Assembly: GCA_046760225.1 (NCBI GenBank) | Contig: JBHIDR010000002.1 | Span: 1-52,881 of the forward strand | Source of the DNA: Candidatus Aenigmatarchaeota archaeon | GTDB taxonomy: Archaea > Aenigmatarchaeota > Aenigmatarchaeia > Aenigmatarchaeales > JACQIB01 | Direction: 5' to 3' | Length of the DNA stretch: 52,881 bases | Part shown: positions 1 through 9,382 of the stretch, piece after piece | Layout: each line of letters starts with the position of its first letter | How positions within the stretch are numbered: position 1 is the stretch's first letter | Notes under the pieces: model-generated | What the model saw: the letters and a program-made list of their open reading frames with translations, nothing else | What the model was told of the DNA's origin: nothing | The model's database searches: none | Translations under genes and position numbers: made by a program

Positions 1-61
1 GAGCCTGAAGCGCAATTCATATTCGAGCATGCAGATATTATGCATCTAAAGAATAAAAACA

Positions 62-805
62 TCATTGCTTCTCTGTGCTCATCAATTGCATCCTGAAGGT
101 TTGTTTGCTGAGCTCCTTGGGCTCGTAAAGGTAGTATATTCTTATTGAAGGATCGAACTCAGGGTTGTGCCTTGCACCCAGCATTACCAAGCCTGTCTCG
201 CCTTCCTTGAGTGTCTCGTCTACTATTTTGGCAATGTACTCGTCCCTTTCCTTTGTTGCCTGGATCCTTTTTTCATGCAGTTCTGACAGGCTTGTTTCTT
301 CTTCTAGTTCAACAAACCTGCCCTCTGCAAGACCCTTTATCATGTCACCTAGTCTTTGCTTACGTGCCTCTTCCTCACGTCCTACTTCATGTGTTTTTTC
401 GCAGAGCTCGTGGTCCTCTGTGGGAACAACCTCAGCGCCCTTCTCAGCAAGGCCGAGCACAATGTCCGCAACCTCGCATCCAACCTCCCTTTCAAGCTCA
501 AGGTTGGCCTTGGTTGTTTTCCAGTCAGTGGTAGCGCTGTCCAGGTAAATCTTGTCTATCTTGAAGATGTCCAAGCCTTTTCGTATGAGCTCCATGTATT
601 CTACTATGAACTCCTCCCTCCTGGCAAGGATCTTGTCCTCCTTAAGGAGGTCCTCAAGCACCTTCTTGTGCTCCTCTATCTCGGCATACACCTCTGAGAA
701 CCTCCTGCCCCTGTACTTGAAGCCCCGGGCTGTCAGTTCCTTGAAAAATATTCTGGACTCGCAGAGCTGGTGCTCCAACGGCACATAAACCAGTATTCTT
801 CCCAT
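62..805 (-). CDS. hypothetical protein, acidic and helical
   Basis: 247-aa ORF with host-like codon usage; C-terminal GLVMLGARH segment; no family recognised with confidence. Confidence 0.7.
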   Translation of the reverse strand: MGRILVYVPLEHQLCESRIFFKELTARGFKYRGRRFSEVYAEIEEHKKVLEDLLKEDKILARREEFIVEYMELIRKGLDIFKIDKIYLDSATTDWKTTKANLELEREVGCEVADIVLGLAEKGAEVVPTEDHELCEKTHEVGREEEARKQRLGDMIKGLAEGRFVELEEETSLSELHEKRIQATKERDEYIAKIVDETLKEGETGLVMLGARHNPEFDPSIRIYYLYEPKELSKQTFRMQLMSTEKQ

Positions 806-861
806 AAAAAATCTTAAGACCGAAAAGGATTTAAGTGCTAATATTTGGTTAGGGTTTTACC

Positions 862-1767
862 TCATCTTATCCAGTTCAATTCCAAGTCTTCTGCCAGCTT
901 CCATGCTTTTTCAAGCTCTTCGTGCTTTGGGAACCTTGCAATCTCAGGATACCTGTGCGCAAGCCATTGGGGACGGTACTGGGGCATTATATTCACTATG
1001 ACCTTCTTCTTGTAGTTCTTTGCAATGTATTCAAGAATCGGTTTTGTGCAGCATTCAAAATGGTTTGGAAGGATAAGATGGCGGATAACCAGCTCGCTGT
1101 CCTTGAAAGCTAGGTCATGGTTCCTTTTCACAAAGTCCCAGTAGCTCTTTACCTTTGACAGCCTTTCACCGCACTTGTTATTTCCATACTTCCAGTCAGA
1201 AAGATAGATGTCTATCATGCCTTTCAGAAGCTGCATTGACCTCTCAGACATGTAGAAATTGCTGTTCCAGACAGTTGGTATGTCTGCTTTTACATGCTGC
1301 AGCGAATCAAGAATAAATGGGAGATTGGGCACAGGGTCACCACCAACAAAATTCACATTGCGGCAGTCCCTGTTCTGGTCAATCAGTCTGGCAATTTCCT
1401 CTGGTGTTGTTGGAATTCCTGTTTCCTTCCACTGGCTGATTTCATAATTTTGGCAAAATTGGCACTGGAATGTGCAGCCCATGAAGAATATGGTAAAGGA
1501 AGGGACAAGGAAAGGCTCTTCGCCCATGTGAGTGAATGCAGATGATATTATTGGCTTGCCACCTACTCTGCAGACTCCTAGTTGTCCTGCTGTTCTGTTA
1601 ACATGGCATTTGCGCTCGCAGAGCTCGCAGTTCTTGAGTATCTCATAAGCTGTTTTTGTGTTTTGTTTAAGGTTCTTTGCAAGCTTGAATCTTGGCTTTG
1701 CCTTGCCAAGAAGTATCTTTCTGTAATTTGGCAGTGCAAGTTTAACACCTGGAGTATCTAGGTCCAT
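862..1767 (-). CDS. radical SAM protein, PflX / PFL-activating-enzyme-like
   Basis: CELCERKC N-terminal cluster, CTFQCQFC radical SAM motif, VNFVGGDP, IRHLILP. Confidence 0.9.
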   Translation of the reverse strand: MDLDTPGVKLALPNYRKILLGKAKPRFKLAKNLKQNTKTAYEILKNCELCERKCHVNRTAGQLGVCRVGGKPIISSAFTHMGEEPFLVPSFTIFFMGCTFQCQFCQNYEISQWKETGIPTTPEEIARLIDQNRDCRNVNFVGGDPVPNLPFILDSLQHVKADIPTVWNSNFYMSERSMQLLKGMIDIYLSDWKYGNNKCGERLSKVKSYWDFVKRNHDLAFKDSELVIRHLILPNHFECCTKPILEYIAKNYKKKVIVNIMPQYRPQWLAHRYPEIARFPKHEELEKAWKLAEDLELNWIR

Positions 1768-1771
1768 ATTA

Positions 1772-2365
1772 TCATGCTCTCAATACCCTTGTTGGTGTTA
1801 CAACGATATCAACTTTTGTGTCATGCGGCTCGACCGGTAATTTGTCAACAAGCTGGCAGTCATGAACTGTTGTGAGCACAGGGACCTTGCCAAATTTCTT
1901 GTGAATCATTGTTATCTCACGGTCTCCCCATCCTCCTCCCTTACCTATTCTGTAGAATTTCTTGTCAACAGCAACACAGCCCGTAACAATAAGGTCTGGT
2001 TTTGGAATCCTGCTGTCAAGTTTTTTGCCATACTTGAAGGCACCAGCAATTGTTGCAGCAGCTCCTGGCTTTGGTGGCTCGAGTGCGAGATAACCTGCTT
2101 TTAGCCTTGGGGATGCCATTATCAGCAGTTTTGCCTGTTCAATTGATATCTGCCTGAGTGGCCGCTGCGCAGAATCAGGGTTAGCAACAATTGTTTTTGC
2201 AGACTTCCATTCAGGCAGTTCAGCAGCACGCTTGGCAGCTTCAGACGCGCCAATAAAGTTTGGGATCCTGTTGTGGACGGGCCTAGGGAATGCTGCAATG
2301 TTGTGCTCCTCCATGTAGTCCCAGATGCGCTTGCGAAGTTCTGCTTTTTGCTCCTTGACAGGCAT
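1772..2365 (-). CDS. 5-formyltetrahydrofolate cyclo-ligase family protein (archaeal / MTHFSD-like)
   Basis: RIPNFIGA, NPDSAQ, GCVAVD..RIGKGGGWGD, HDTKVDIVVTPT motifs. Confidence 0.9.
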   Translation of the reverse strand: MPVKEQKAELRKRIWDYMEEHNIAAFPRPVHNRIPNFIGASEAAKRAAELPEWKSAKTIVANPDSAQRPLRQISIEQAKLLIMASPRLKAGYLALEPPKPGAAATIAGAFKYGKKLDSRIPKPDLIVTGCVAVDKKFYRIGKGGGWGDREITMIHKKFGKVPVLTTVHDCQLVDKLPVEPHDTKVDIVVTPTRVLRA

Positions 2366-2410
2366 ATTAATTAATTACTTTGCTTAAAAGAAATATTAGG
2401 GTGTACTGGA

Positions 2411-2758
2411 ATGAAACTGGGCATGGAGTTCGAGATAAGCTATTCCCACAGCCTTGAAGGGCATTCCAGATGCGGGAAGAAGCATGAGCATACATCAAAG
2501 GTTGTTGTGGAAGCAGAAGGTGAAGTGAAAGGTGGTCCTGAGCTTAAGGACAACATGCTAATGGACTTCTTTGAGATGGGGAAGATATGCAAGGATGTGC
2601 TTGCGGGGCTGGACGGCAAGGACCTGAATGAGATTTTCGATTTCCCAACTGCTGAGAACATTGCAAAATGGATTTTTGACAATCTGAAGGACAAGATTCC
2701 TGTTGCAAAGGTCGTATTCTTTGAGGAAGATGACAAATGGTGCGTTGTGGAAAAATAA
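2411..2758 (+). CDS. queD: 6-pyruvoyl-tetrahydropterin synthase / QueD family
   Basis: HSLEGHSRCGKKHEH metal-binding region, MDF, PTAENIA motif. Confidence 0.8.
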   Translation: MKLGMEFEISYSHSLEGHSRCGKKHEHTSKVVVEAEGEVKGGPELKDNMLMDFFEMGKICKDVLAGLDGKDLNEIFDFPTAENIAKWIFDNLKDKIPVAKVVFFEEDDKWCVVEK

Positions 2759-3166
2759 TCAGAGAACTGATTTGAGATATGGATACATGCAGCGCCCCAT
2801 TTTCTCGAACGTCACAGAATCCATCCTTCTCTTTAGCTCTTCAACAGTAACAGAGTTGTCCTCCTCTATTGCTGTTTTATCATAGATATCATCAAGAGCA
2901 GCAGCAACAAGCTGCTGGTCACCAAAGCCTGTTATTGTGACCTTTGGGCCTTCACAATCCTTTGAAATCGCAAAGAGTGCCTTGCGTTCGCCTTCAAAGA
3001 ACTGTGAGACATAGAAGGGGTAATGTCTAATGAGTAAGTCTCTGAAAAAGGCTGTATAGTTGTTGAAGGTGCTGTATTCCAGAAGCGCTGACTCCAGGTC
3101 CCCATCAAGCAGACCCTCGCTGATCACAGAATAGGTGCCATACAGCTTTGTTCCATATCTTGTCAT
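2759..3166 (-). CDS. hypothetical protein
   Basis: 135-aa ORF abutting the convergent queD stop. Confidence 0.6.
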   Translation of the reverse strand: MTRYGTKLYGTYSVISEGLLDGDLESALLEYSTFNNYTAFFRDLLIRHYPFYVSQFFEGERKALFAISKDCEGPKVTITGFGDQQLVAAALDDIYDKTAIEEDNSVTVEELKRRMDSVTFEKMGRCMYPYLKSVL

Positions 3167-3199
3167 GATATTAAATTTGGAAGAAAAAGGATTTAAGGG

Positions 3200-3457
3200 C
3201 TATTTCCTGTAGACATATTTTATCCAGAACTTCTTGAAATAGGGCATTGTCAGCGTGGAAAGTAAAAAAGCAACAGCAGGGACAATTGCATTCAGCCACG
3301 GATCAGGGATATTAATGTACCAGAGGTAGACTCCTATTGCAAGGTAGGTGAAGACCGCTATCAGCACTTTCCTTGTGAAGCTTGTTTCCCATGCCTTGTC
3401 AGCCTCGACCCTCCTGTTCCTTTTCTTTATCTTCTGTATCTCTTTTTTCATGTCCAC
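3200..3457 (-). CDS. small two-TM membrane protein
   Basis: RNRRVEADKAWETS followed by two hydrophobic helices; last gene of a tight minus-strand operon. Confidence 0.75.
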   Translation of the reverse strand: MDMKKEIQKIKKRNRRVEADKAWETSFTRKVLIAVFTYLAIGVYLWYINIPDPWLNAIVPAVAFLLSTLTMPYFKKFWIKYVYRK

Positions 3458-3461
3458 TGTA

Positions 3462-4004
3462 TCACTCGAATTTCAGGTCATGCGCCCTTTCTACCAGCCC
3501 ATATTTTTCAAAAAACTCCCTGCCACCAATTGCACAGGTATCCTCCATCTTGAATCCTAGCATCTCAACGCCCTGCCTTACTTTGTCCATGGTCTCAGCT
3601 TCTATTTCAAGTAATGGGGGAGCGCCCGGCCATTCATCGACATTGAAAGTTATACCGTCTTTCTTGAAGGTAACCCTGTCCTTTTCCTGGTGCCTTGTCG
3701 CTACCAGGCCGATTGCCTTTAACAGTTTCTCTATTGCATCTGGATCAGAGACCTTTGTCTCAAACTCGTCCATGCATTTGACTCCTTCCTGGTGCTTCAT
3801 TTTCTTGAAAGTAAGAACAGACCTGTCTCCCTCGTCCCTGAGCCTCAGGAAAGATATTTCCTTGCGCAGCCTCTCATCAGGATAGTCGAACATCTTTATC
3901 TTCATTCTCACGTCCCTTATCCTTTCTGCACCAAGGCTTTCCAGCTTCTTGATTATCTCATCCTTGTTTATTTCAAGAATCATTACTTCCAGTTCTTCTG
4001 GCAT
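3462..4004 (-). CDS. CYTH-domain protein (class IV adenylate cyclase-like)
   Basis: N-terminal ExEV, LRLRDEG..LTFK, EFETKV, LLEIEA. Confidence 0.85.
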   Translation of the reverse strand: MPEELEVMILEINKDEIIKKLESLGAERIRDVRMKIKMFDYPDERLRKEISFLRLRDEGDRSVLTFKKMKHQEGVKCMDEFETKVSDPDAIEKLLKAIGLVATRHQEKDRVTFKKDGITFNVDEWPGAPPLLEIEAETMDKVRQGVEMLGFKMEDTCAIGGREFFEKYGLVERAHDLKFE

Positions 4005-4008
4005 GTAA

Positions 4009-4689
4009 TCACCTAAGCTCTGATTCAGGGGTGTCCTTGAAGCACCTTTCCCTCCAGTCGCACATCCTGCACATCCAGCCTATGTCCTCCTTCCTTGATG
4101 CCCTTGCCTCTGCTTCAGGAAGGATCTCTTCTGTCAGGTGCTTGTGGAGCTCATTGAATCGATTCAAGGCTATTGCAGCAACTCCCTCGTTGAAAGGTAT
4201 TGTGAATGACTTTGTCTTGAGGTTCCTCTTGTCAATATAGAGAAGAACGCCGTTGTGAACGCCTGTTGCATGCATATAGAGCTGGAGCTGCATAACATTC
4301 TCTGGCTTGGCCTCTGTGACAAAGTCTATCCTTGAGGTGGATTTCACTTCCACAAGGAGCTGCCTGCCGCTGGCCTTTACAAGAAGAAGGTCATCCACCC
4401 TTCCTGATATTGTGAAGCTGTTCATGCTGATCTTGAATGGAAGCTCTGACTTCAGCAACTCCACTTCTGGGTTCTTCTCGCTCCTCAGCACTTCTGCAAC
4501 AAAATCATGCAGAATATTGCCCACTTCGAATATCTTCTGGAGATCCACACGTATTGGCCTGGGATCCTTGTAGGAGTACCAGACCTTTCTCATGCAGCTT
4601 CCTATTTCACTAGGGTAGTATCTTCCCTCCTGCTTTGCCCTGAGTTCCCTGGATATGTGCTTGTCTATGAGGTTATCGAAGTTGAGCAT
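4009..4689 (-). CDS. stand-alone Cas4-like PD-(D/E)XK nuclease
   Basis: PSEIGSC, GRVDD, VEVKS, QLQLYM and C-terminal CRMC....C (1+3 Cys Fe-S staple). Confidence 0.85.
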   Translation of the reverse strand: MLNFDNLIDKHISRELRAKQEGRYYPSEIGSCMRKVWYSYKDPRPIRVDLQKIFEVGNILHDFVAEVLRSEKNPEVELLKSELPFKISMNSFTISGRVDDLLLVKASGRQLLVEVKSTSRIDFVTEAKPENVMQLQLYMHATGVHNGVLLYIDKRNLKTKSFTIPFNEGVAAIALNRFNELHKHLTEEILPEAEARASRKEDIGWMCRMCDWRERCFKDTPESELR

Positions 4690-4878
4690 CTACTCACCCG
4701 GATATGCGCAGAGCACTGTGTCAGGCCCCTTTATGCCGCGGAAATGCGGACATATTGAGACTCCCTTGACAGCGCATTTCTTGTCTGGTGCCCATGGGCA
4801 CTTGTCCTGCTCCCATTTTGCTGGGGAGAAATCAATGTCCATGTTTGCTCCCCTGAGCTCCCTTATTGCCTCTGGCAT
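4690..4878 (-). CDS. small Cys-rich protein
   Basis: 62 aa, four Cys (CPW, KCAVK, ICPHF, LC); stop abuts the start of the Cas4-like gene. Confidence 0.65.
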   Translation of the reverse strand: MPEAIRELRGANMDIDFSPAKWEQDKCPWAPDKKCAVKGVSICPHFRGIKGPDTVLCAYPGE

Positions 4879-4977
4879 ATGTATTATGAGAACCAGTAAA
4901 TCTTAAAGTTTTCTCAATCATAGGGAAAGATTTATATAGCATCACCGCATAATAGTAAATATAGTAAAGGTGGTTAA

Positions 4978-5427
4978 ATGGAAGGGTATAATAACGGTTT
5001 TAAGGACTTGATGGAAAGGGGCAGGCTACAAAAGAAGATGTACAAATATAAGAAGGGAGTGGAAATTGTCAGGGCAATCTATTGCTTTGAGAAGGCTGTA
5101 AAACTATGCCCGGATGATGTTACAGCACGTTATGAGCTTGCTGATTGCTGGCTTGAATTTGGCGGGCCTGATTCTGTTAAAAAGGCTATTGAGTATTTTG
5201 AGCCCACGTTCAATATAAGCAGAGAGACAGCAACCGAATATGCAGACATGCTGGCTCAGAGGCGCATGAATGTAGAGGATCCTGTTGGAGCAAGAAAGCT
5301 CTGGAGATTAATAATGGAATACAACCCTGAAGATTCTTTTGAAAGAAAGAACGCAAAAAAGAACGTAGAAGAGCTGACAGAGCTGATCAACCAGGGAAGA
5401 TTCAGGACCCCGACCATGATGCGTTAA
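4978..5427 (+). CDS. TPR-repeat protein
   Basis: AIYCFEKAVKLCPDD..ARYELA TPR pattern; TATA and GGTGG upstream. Confidence 0.7.
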   Translation: MEGYNNGFKDLMERGRLQKKMYKYKKGVEIVRAIYCFEKAVKLCPDDVTARYELADCWLEFGGPDSVKKAIEYFEPTFNISRETATEYADMLAQRRMNVEDPVGARKLWRLIMEYNPEDSFERKNAKKNVEELTELINQGRFRTPTMMR

Positions 5428-5437
5428 TTCAGATTAG

Positions 5438-5749
5438 TTAAAAATCTACATCCACTGCTTTTTTGAATTTTTTAAGAATTTTTTTAATTCTCTCTGGCTT
5501 GACTTTCAGCTTGGATATTATTTTTTCTTCAGAGAGAGGTATATATGCACCATCTCTTTTGTGAAGGATTAGAGCAGCTGCAAGAGCTTCATCATCTGTT
5601 ACTTTCCTTATGCCTATTCTTTTACCGCTTATTAACATTGTTTGATTTATTGCAGCACCGTCCTCAACTTCTTTTTTATCTTTACCAAACAAATTTTCGC
5701 ATTTTTTAATAAGCCTTAACCATCTTTTGTAGGCTTTACCAACAAGCAT
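5438..5749 (-). CDS. hypothetical basic protein in AT-rich islet
   Basis: 103-aa ORF starting immediately after the upstream stop. Confidence 0.6.
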   Translation of the reverse strand: MLVGKAYKRWLRLIKKCENLFGKDKKEVEDGAAINQTMLISGKRIGIRKVTDDEALAAALILHKRDGAYIPLSEEKIISKLKVKPERIKKILKKFKKAVDVDF

Positions 5750-6772
5750 TTATCTTCTCCACCATCTAATTTTTACTGTCCTTTTAGTTGGTGTTGATTT
5801 GGTTTTTGTTTTCGATTTAAAACCAAAAATAGAAGGCAATACTTTTCCTGCTTTTTTTGCTGCATTTGCAAATTTCTGCACGCTTTTTGCAAATGTTCCT
5901 ATGGCCCTGCTGCCTGTTGTTCTTGCTTCTGTTTTCAATGTGCTTATTAGCCTGTTTGTGGCTGTAAATGGTCCTCTTGTCCTATCTGCTTCTGAGAGGA
6001 GTTTCATATTATTTTGGTATTTTGCTGTTGTGAGTATATCTGTAAATCTTTCATTAATCCATTTGTTATATTTTGTCCTTTTTGTAAGAAGATTTCTTGC
6101 GGGTTTTGAGAACTTTCCGAATCCTCTCAGATAGCCGTTGCTTGCCCTGATAGCAGCATGGGTTGCCTCATGCCTCGATACAAATTTTAATACGTCATCT
6201 TTCAATGCTTTCGACATAATTCTTATCTGCTGCGTGTCCAATAATATTTTTTTAGGCAATCCTTTTTTGTCAGGTACGGTTTTTCCCAATGTGCCCAACT
6301 CGAGTCTTGCATTTTTTATTCTTATATTAAGCTTGACGCCGAGGTCTGTGAGTTCTTTTTTGACTGCTGCTTCTGCTGCTTTCTTTTGTGCATTGATTCT
6401 TGTGAAAAATGGCTTGATTTTTTCTATTAATGGCTTCTGGCCTTTGCTTGCCTTTATGTTCTCAGGCAGCTTCTTTACTTCGGCTTCTGGATTCTTTATT
6501 TCCGGGGCCTTGGGCTCGTATGGAGTGGCTGATTTCGGCTTTTCCCTTACCAGGAGGTCGTTTGGGTTCTCAGGAACCTTGATTGCTCCTGGCATTTCCT
6601 GGGGTGTTTTGGGCCTTGGCAAGCTTATTTTGCCTGTTGGTATTTTTGGCGGGCGAAATTTGAGATAGGCCAGGCCTCCTGCCGCAGCAATTGTACCAGC
6701 AATGGCTGCAATTTCTACTGCACCCAGTTCAGCTACAATTGCGCCACCAGCAGCAACAAAGGGCAGAGGCAA
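5750..6772 (-). CDS. membrane-anchored, very basic protein with HExxH zinc-metallopeptidase motif
   Basis: AGGTG SD then TTG start; N-terminal hydrophobic helix; RHEATH and downstream WINERFTD. Confidence 0.65.
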   Translation of the reverse strand: MPLPFVAAGGAIVAELGAVEIAAIAGTIAAAGGLAYLKFRPPKIPTGKISLPRPKTPQEMPGAIKVPENPNDLLVREKPKSATPYEPKAPEIKNPEAEVKKLPENIKASKGQKPLIEKIKPFFTRINAQKKAAEAAVKKELTDLGVKLNIRIKNARLELGTLGKTVPDKKGLPKKILLDTQQIRIMSKALKDDVLKFVSRHEATHAAIRASNGYLRGFGKFSKPARNLLTKRTKYNKWINERFTDILTTAKYQNNMKLLSEADRTRGPFTATNRLISTLKTEARTTGSRAIGTFAKSVQKFANAAKKAGKVLPSIFGFKSKTKTKSTPTKRTVKIRWWRR

Positions 6773-6865
6773 GAAAGCACCTATTAAATATTGGGCTGAG
6801 GAAATATTTAAACCGGTCGTTTTCTTGAGACCAAAAATAAATGCTGTTGGGGGGTATAGGTTTTA

Positions 6866-7063
6866 ATGGCTGCCCGTATGGATGCAATGTGGTAGAACAG
6901 GGAACTTCATGAGTACACCTCAAAGCTCAAGAAGGAAAACAAGGGAAGGGGAGAGTACGTATGTGACGGCTGCAAGGCAAGGCATATTGCACCGTGCGAT
7001 GGGAAGGGTAACTGCGACTTTACAGGATATGTTTCTGAGGTATATGAGAAGGTCTTTGGCTGA
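6866..7063 (+). pseudogene. small Cys-rich ORF with a disrupted 5' end (in-frame TAG at 6893-6895)
   Basis: ATG 6866 MAARMDAMW*NRELHEYTSKLKKENKGRGEYVCDGCKARHIAPCDGKGNCDFTGYVSEVYEKVFG; TGA 7061-7063 abuts the convergent gene stop. Confidence 0.5.
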
Positions 7064-7777
7064 CTATTTCTTTGCTATTTTCCAGAGCATGTCAAAATAG
7101 TGCTTGTAGGCTTCTGCTGCTGACTTGTTCTTTATGAGCACTGCCTCAGGAGGGTCTGACCACACTATTATGGCTATCTTGTCGCCGTAGATGTTGGTGG
7201 TTGACTGTGACTCGAACTTCTCGTCAAAGTACCTGAGCTCTGTTGTCTTTGAAAGCTGGATCTTCACGCCCCTCCTCACAATGTGCTTCACAGGTATCCT
7301 GTACTTCTCAAGCATCCTTATGAGCTGGGGCACGAAGTAAGGCATCCTTATGTTCAGCATGCCCTCAACATCAAGAACCCTGTTCTCCTTCTTTTCCTTT
7401 ATCATGTCCCTGAAGAGGGTCTGTATGCCCTTGTAGCCATAGAAAAGGGTTACGTTGTGCTTTTCCTTGGGCTCCTTGTAGATCCTCTTCAGCTCAGGCA
7501 TTATGTCCCTTGCCTCGTCCTGCATATTCTTCAGGAAATAAAGCAGCCTTTCAGGCGGGGTGGACTGGTACCACTTCACATTGGCCTTGACCACATAGGT
7601 TACCAGGCCCTTTTCAAGCAGCCTCTTCAGCGCATCGTATGTTGTTGTCCTGTTCAGCGTGCACTGCTTGCTTATCCTTCCTGCCCTGGCCTCCCTGAGG
7701 CGGAGAAGCGCCATGTATACCTTTATCTCTGTGCTGCTGAGGCCTACCCTCTTCAGCACGTCCTTGATGTCTGCCAT
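7064..7777 (-). CDS. TrmB-family transcriptional regulator
   Basis: GLSSTEIKVYMALL..RTTTYDALKRLLEKGLV HTH; C-terminal IYGDKIAII..W. Confidence 0.9.
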   Translation of the reverse strand: MADIKDVLKRVGLSSTEIKVYMALLRLREARAGRISKQCTLNRTTTYDALKRLLEKGLVTYVVKANVKWYQSTPPERLLYFLKNMQDEARDIMPELKRIYKEPKEKHNVTLFYGYKGIQTLFRDMIKEKKENRVLDVEGMLNIRMPYFVPQLIRMLEKYRIPVKHIVRRGVKIQLSKTTELRYFDEKFESQSTTNIYGDKIAIIVWSDPPEAVLIKNKSAAEAYKHYFDMLWKIAKK

Positions 7778-7878
7778 GATTATACTTGGGTCGCAAAGGT
7801 TTATAAATGTTGTTGTAAGGAAACTCACAACATCTCTTTAAGTGTCCTCACCACCTAGTAGTGATTGGTGAGAGGCAG

Positions 7879-8403
7879 ATGCCGAAATACGTGATAACAG
7901 GCGGGCCAGGAACAGGAAAGAGCACCACAATAAGGCTGCTGGAAGAAATGGGATACCAGATTGTGCACGAGGCAGCCATGGAAGTGATAGAATACGAGCA
8001 AAGAAACGGAGGAGAGGACCTGCCCTGGAAGAACAGGAAAAGGTTCCAGCAGAAAGTGATGGAGCTGCAGAAGAGAATGGAAAACGAGCTGGACCCGGAA
8101 AAACAAGCCTTCCTGGACAGGGGAATGCCTGATGGACTGGCCTACTACAGGCTGGACGGGGTGGAAACACCTGAAGAGTTCCAGAAGGAACTGGGCAAGA
8201 ACGGCTACAGGAAGATCTTCCTCCTGGACAGGCTGCCAAGATATGAGAAAGATACAGCAAGAACAGAGGACAAGGAAACTGCCAGGAAGATACACAGCCT
8301 GATAGAAGAGGTCTACAGGGAGCTGGGATACGAGATAGAAAAAGTGCCTGTGCTGCCGCCTGAGGAAAGGGCAAGATACATAGTCGAGAGGACAAAGAGG
8401 TGA
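7879..8403 (+). CDS. AAA_28 / NadR-type P-loop ATPase
   Basis: VITGGPGTGKST, HEAA, FLDRGMPDGLAY. Confidence 0.85.
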   Translation: MPKYVITGGPGTGKSTTIRLLEEMGYQIVHEAAMEVIEYEQRNGGEDLPWKNRKRFQQKVMELQKRMENELDPEKQAFLDRGMPDGLAYYRLDGVETPEEFQKELGKNGYRKIFLLDRLPRYEKDTARTEDKETARKIHSLIEEVYRELGYEIEKVPVLPPEERARYIVERTKR

Positions 8404-8409
8404 ACAGAG

Positions 8410-8919
8410 ATGAGAGAAGACTCGAGAATTGCCAGCTATCATGCAAAGAAAGCAGTGAAGCGCTACAAGAAGGACAACAACTATGTCTTCAGGCCAAGAA
8501 GGTTCATGAAGGATAATGAAGGAAGCATGGATGGAGATGACCTTATTGCAATGGCTATTGTAGGATTTGCTGCAGTGTCACTTGCCATAGCAGCATGCGC
8601 CTTGACTGATGAGGTGGAAGTTGAGCCTTCTGATGAGGACAAGGTGGCAGAAGGTGACACAGTGTACCTGAGAGGAAGCGTGCTGGACGAGGCGCACTAT
8701 GGTGGAGAGGATGAAAAGTATGGCACAGATGACGACCTGTACCAGATACACATGAGCTCAAGAAGCGGGAAGAAAGCAGTTGACTTCAACGGATACAGAT
8801 GGAACTGCACTGAGATGAACGAGAAGATAAACCCTGGATATGAGCTGGAATTAAAAGCAATGAAGAAAAGCAGAGGGCACTACGAGGCAATGGAAGTCAA
8901 GAAGATAAAGAAAAACTGA
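8410..8919 (+). CDS. hypothetical membrane protein
   Basis: 169 aa, one TM segment then acidic beta-rich domain; GAGGTG SD. Confidence 0.65.
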   Translation: MREDSRIASYHAKKAVKRYKKDNNYVFRPRRFMKDNEGSMDGDDLIAMAIVGFAAVSLAIAACALTDEVEVEPSDEDKVAEGDTVYLRGSVLDEAHYGGEDEKYGTDDDLYQIHMSSRSGKKAVDFNGYRWNCTEMNEKINPGYELELKAMKKSRGHYEAMEVKKIKKN

Positions 8920-8922
8920 AAA

Positions 8923-9351
8923 TCAGCCTAGTTCCTTTGTGAGAGCTGCACGTATTTTCTGGAACAGCTCACCTGATATCTTATAGTCCCTAGGATATGG
9001 AACATAGTTCTTTCCCCATCTTTCGTCAAGGAACTTTTGTCCTTCGAACTCCCTTTGTGTCTGGTACCTTGGTATCATGTGCATGTGAACATGCCTTGTG
9101 ACGTTCATGAGAACAGCATAGTTGAAGAGATCAGGCGAGAAAAGGTTTGTCAGGCCATGGTTGACCTTATGCATGATATCCCAAAGTTCCTTGTGCTCGT
9201 CTTCTGAAATCTCCAGATAGTTTTCCAGATGCCTGTTCAGAACAATCATGTTTCTCCCAAGATAATACTGGTTGTAGTTCAAGCAAACTGTCCAGTGATC
9301 GTACTTCTTTATCACTGATTTTTCATCCAGGGCACAAAGCTCGCATTCCAT
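8923..9351 (-). CDS. HIT-family hydrolase
   Basis: CELC N-terminus, HVHMHMIPRY histidine triad. Confidence 0.9.
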   Translation of the reverse strand: MECELCALDEKSVIKKYDHWTVCLNYNQYYLGRNMIVLNRHLENYLEISEDEHKELWDIMHKVNHGLTNLFSPDLFNYAVLMNVTRHVHMHMIPRYQTQREFEGQKFLDERWGKNYVPYPRDYKISGELFQKIRAALTKELG

Positions 9352-9382
9352 GGTAAACTATTGTGGCAACAAGAATAAAATA

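Noticed and set aside
1..96. 3' end of a plus-strand gene entering the window (EPEAQFIFEHADIMHLKNK...)
   Set aside because: Too short to identify; plausible but unsupported
4009..4689. CRISPR-Cas locus
   Set aside because: No repeat-spacer array or other cas genes in the window
6893..6895. Genome-wide amber (pyrrolysine) recoding
   Set aside because: TAG terminates conserved genes here (top6A, leuS, second endA) at their expected ends
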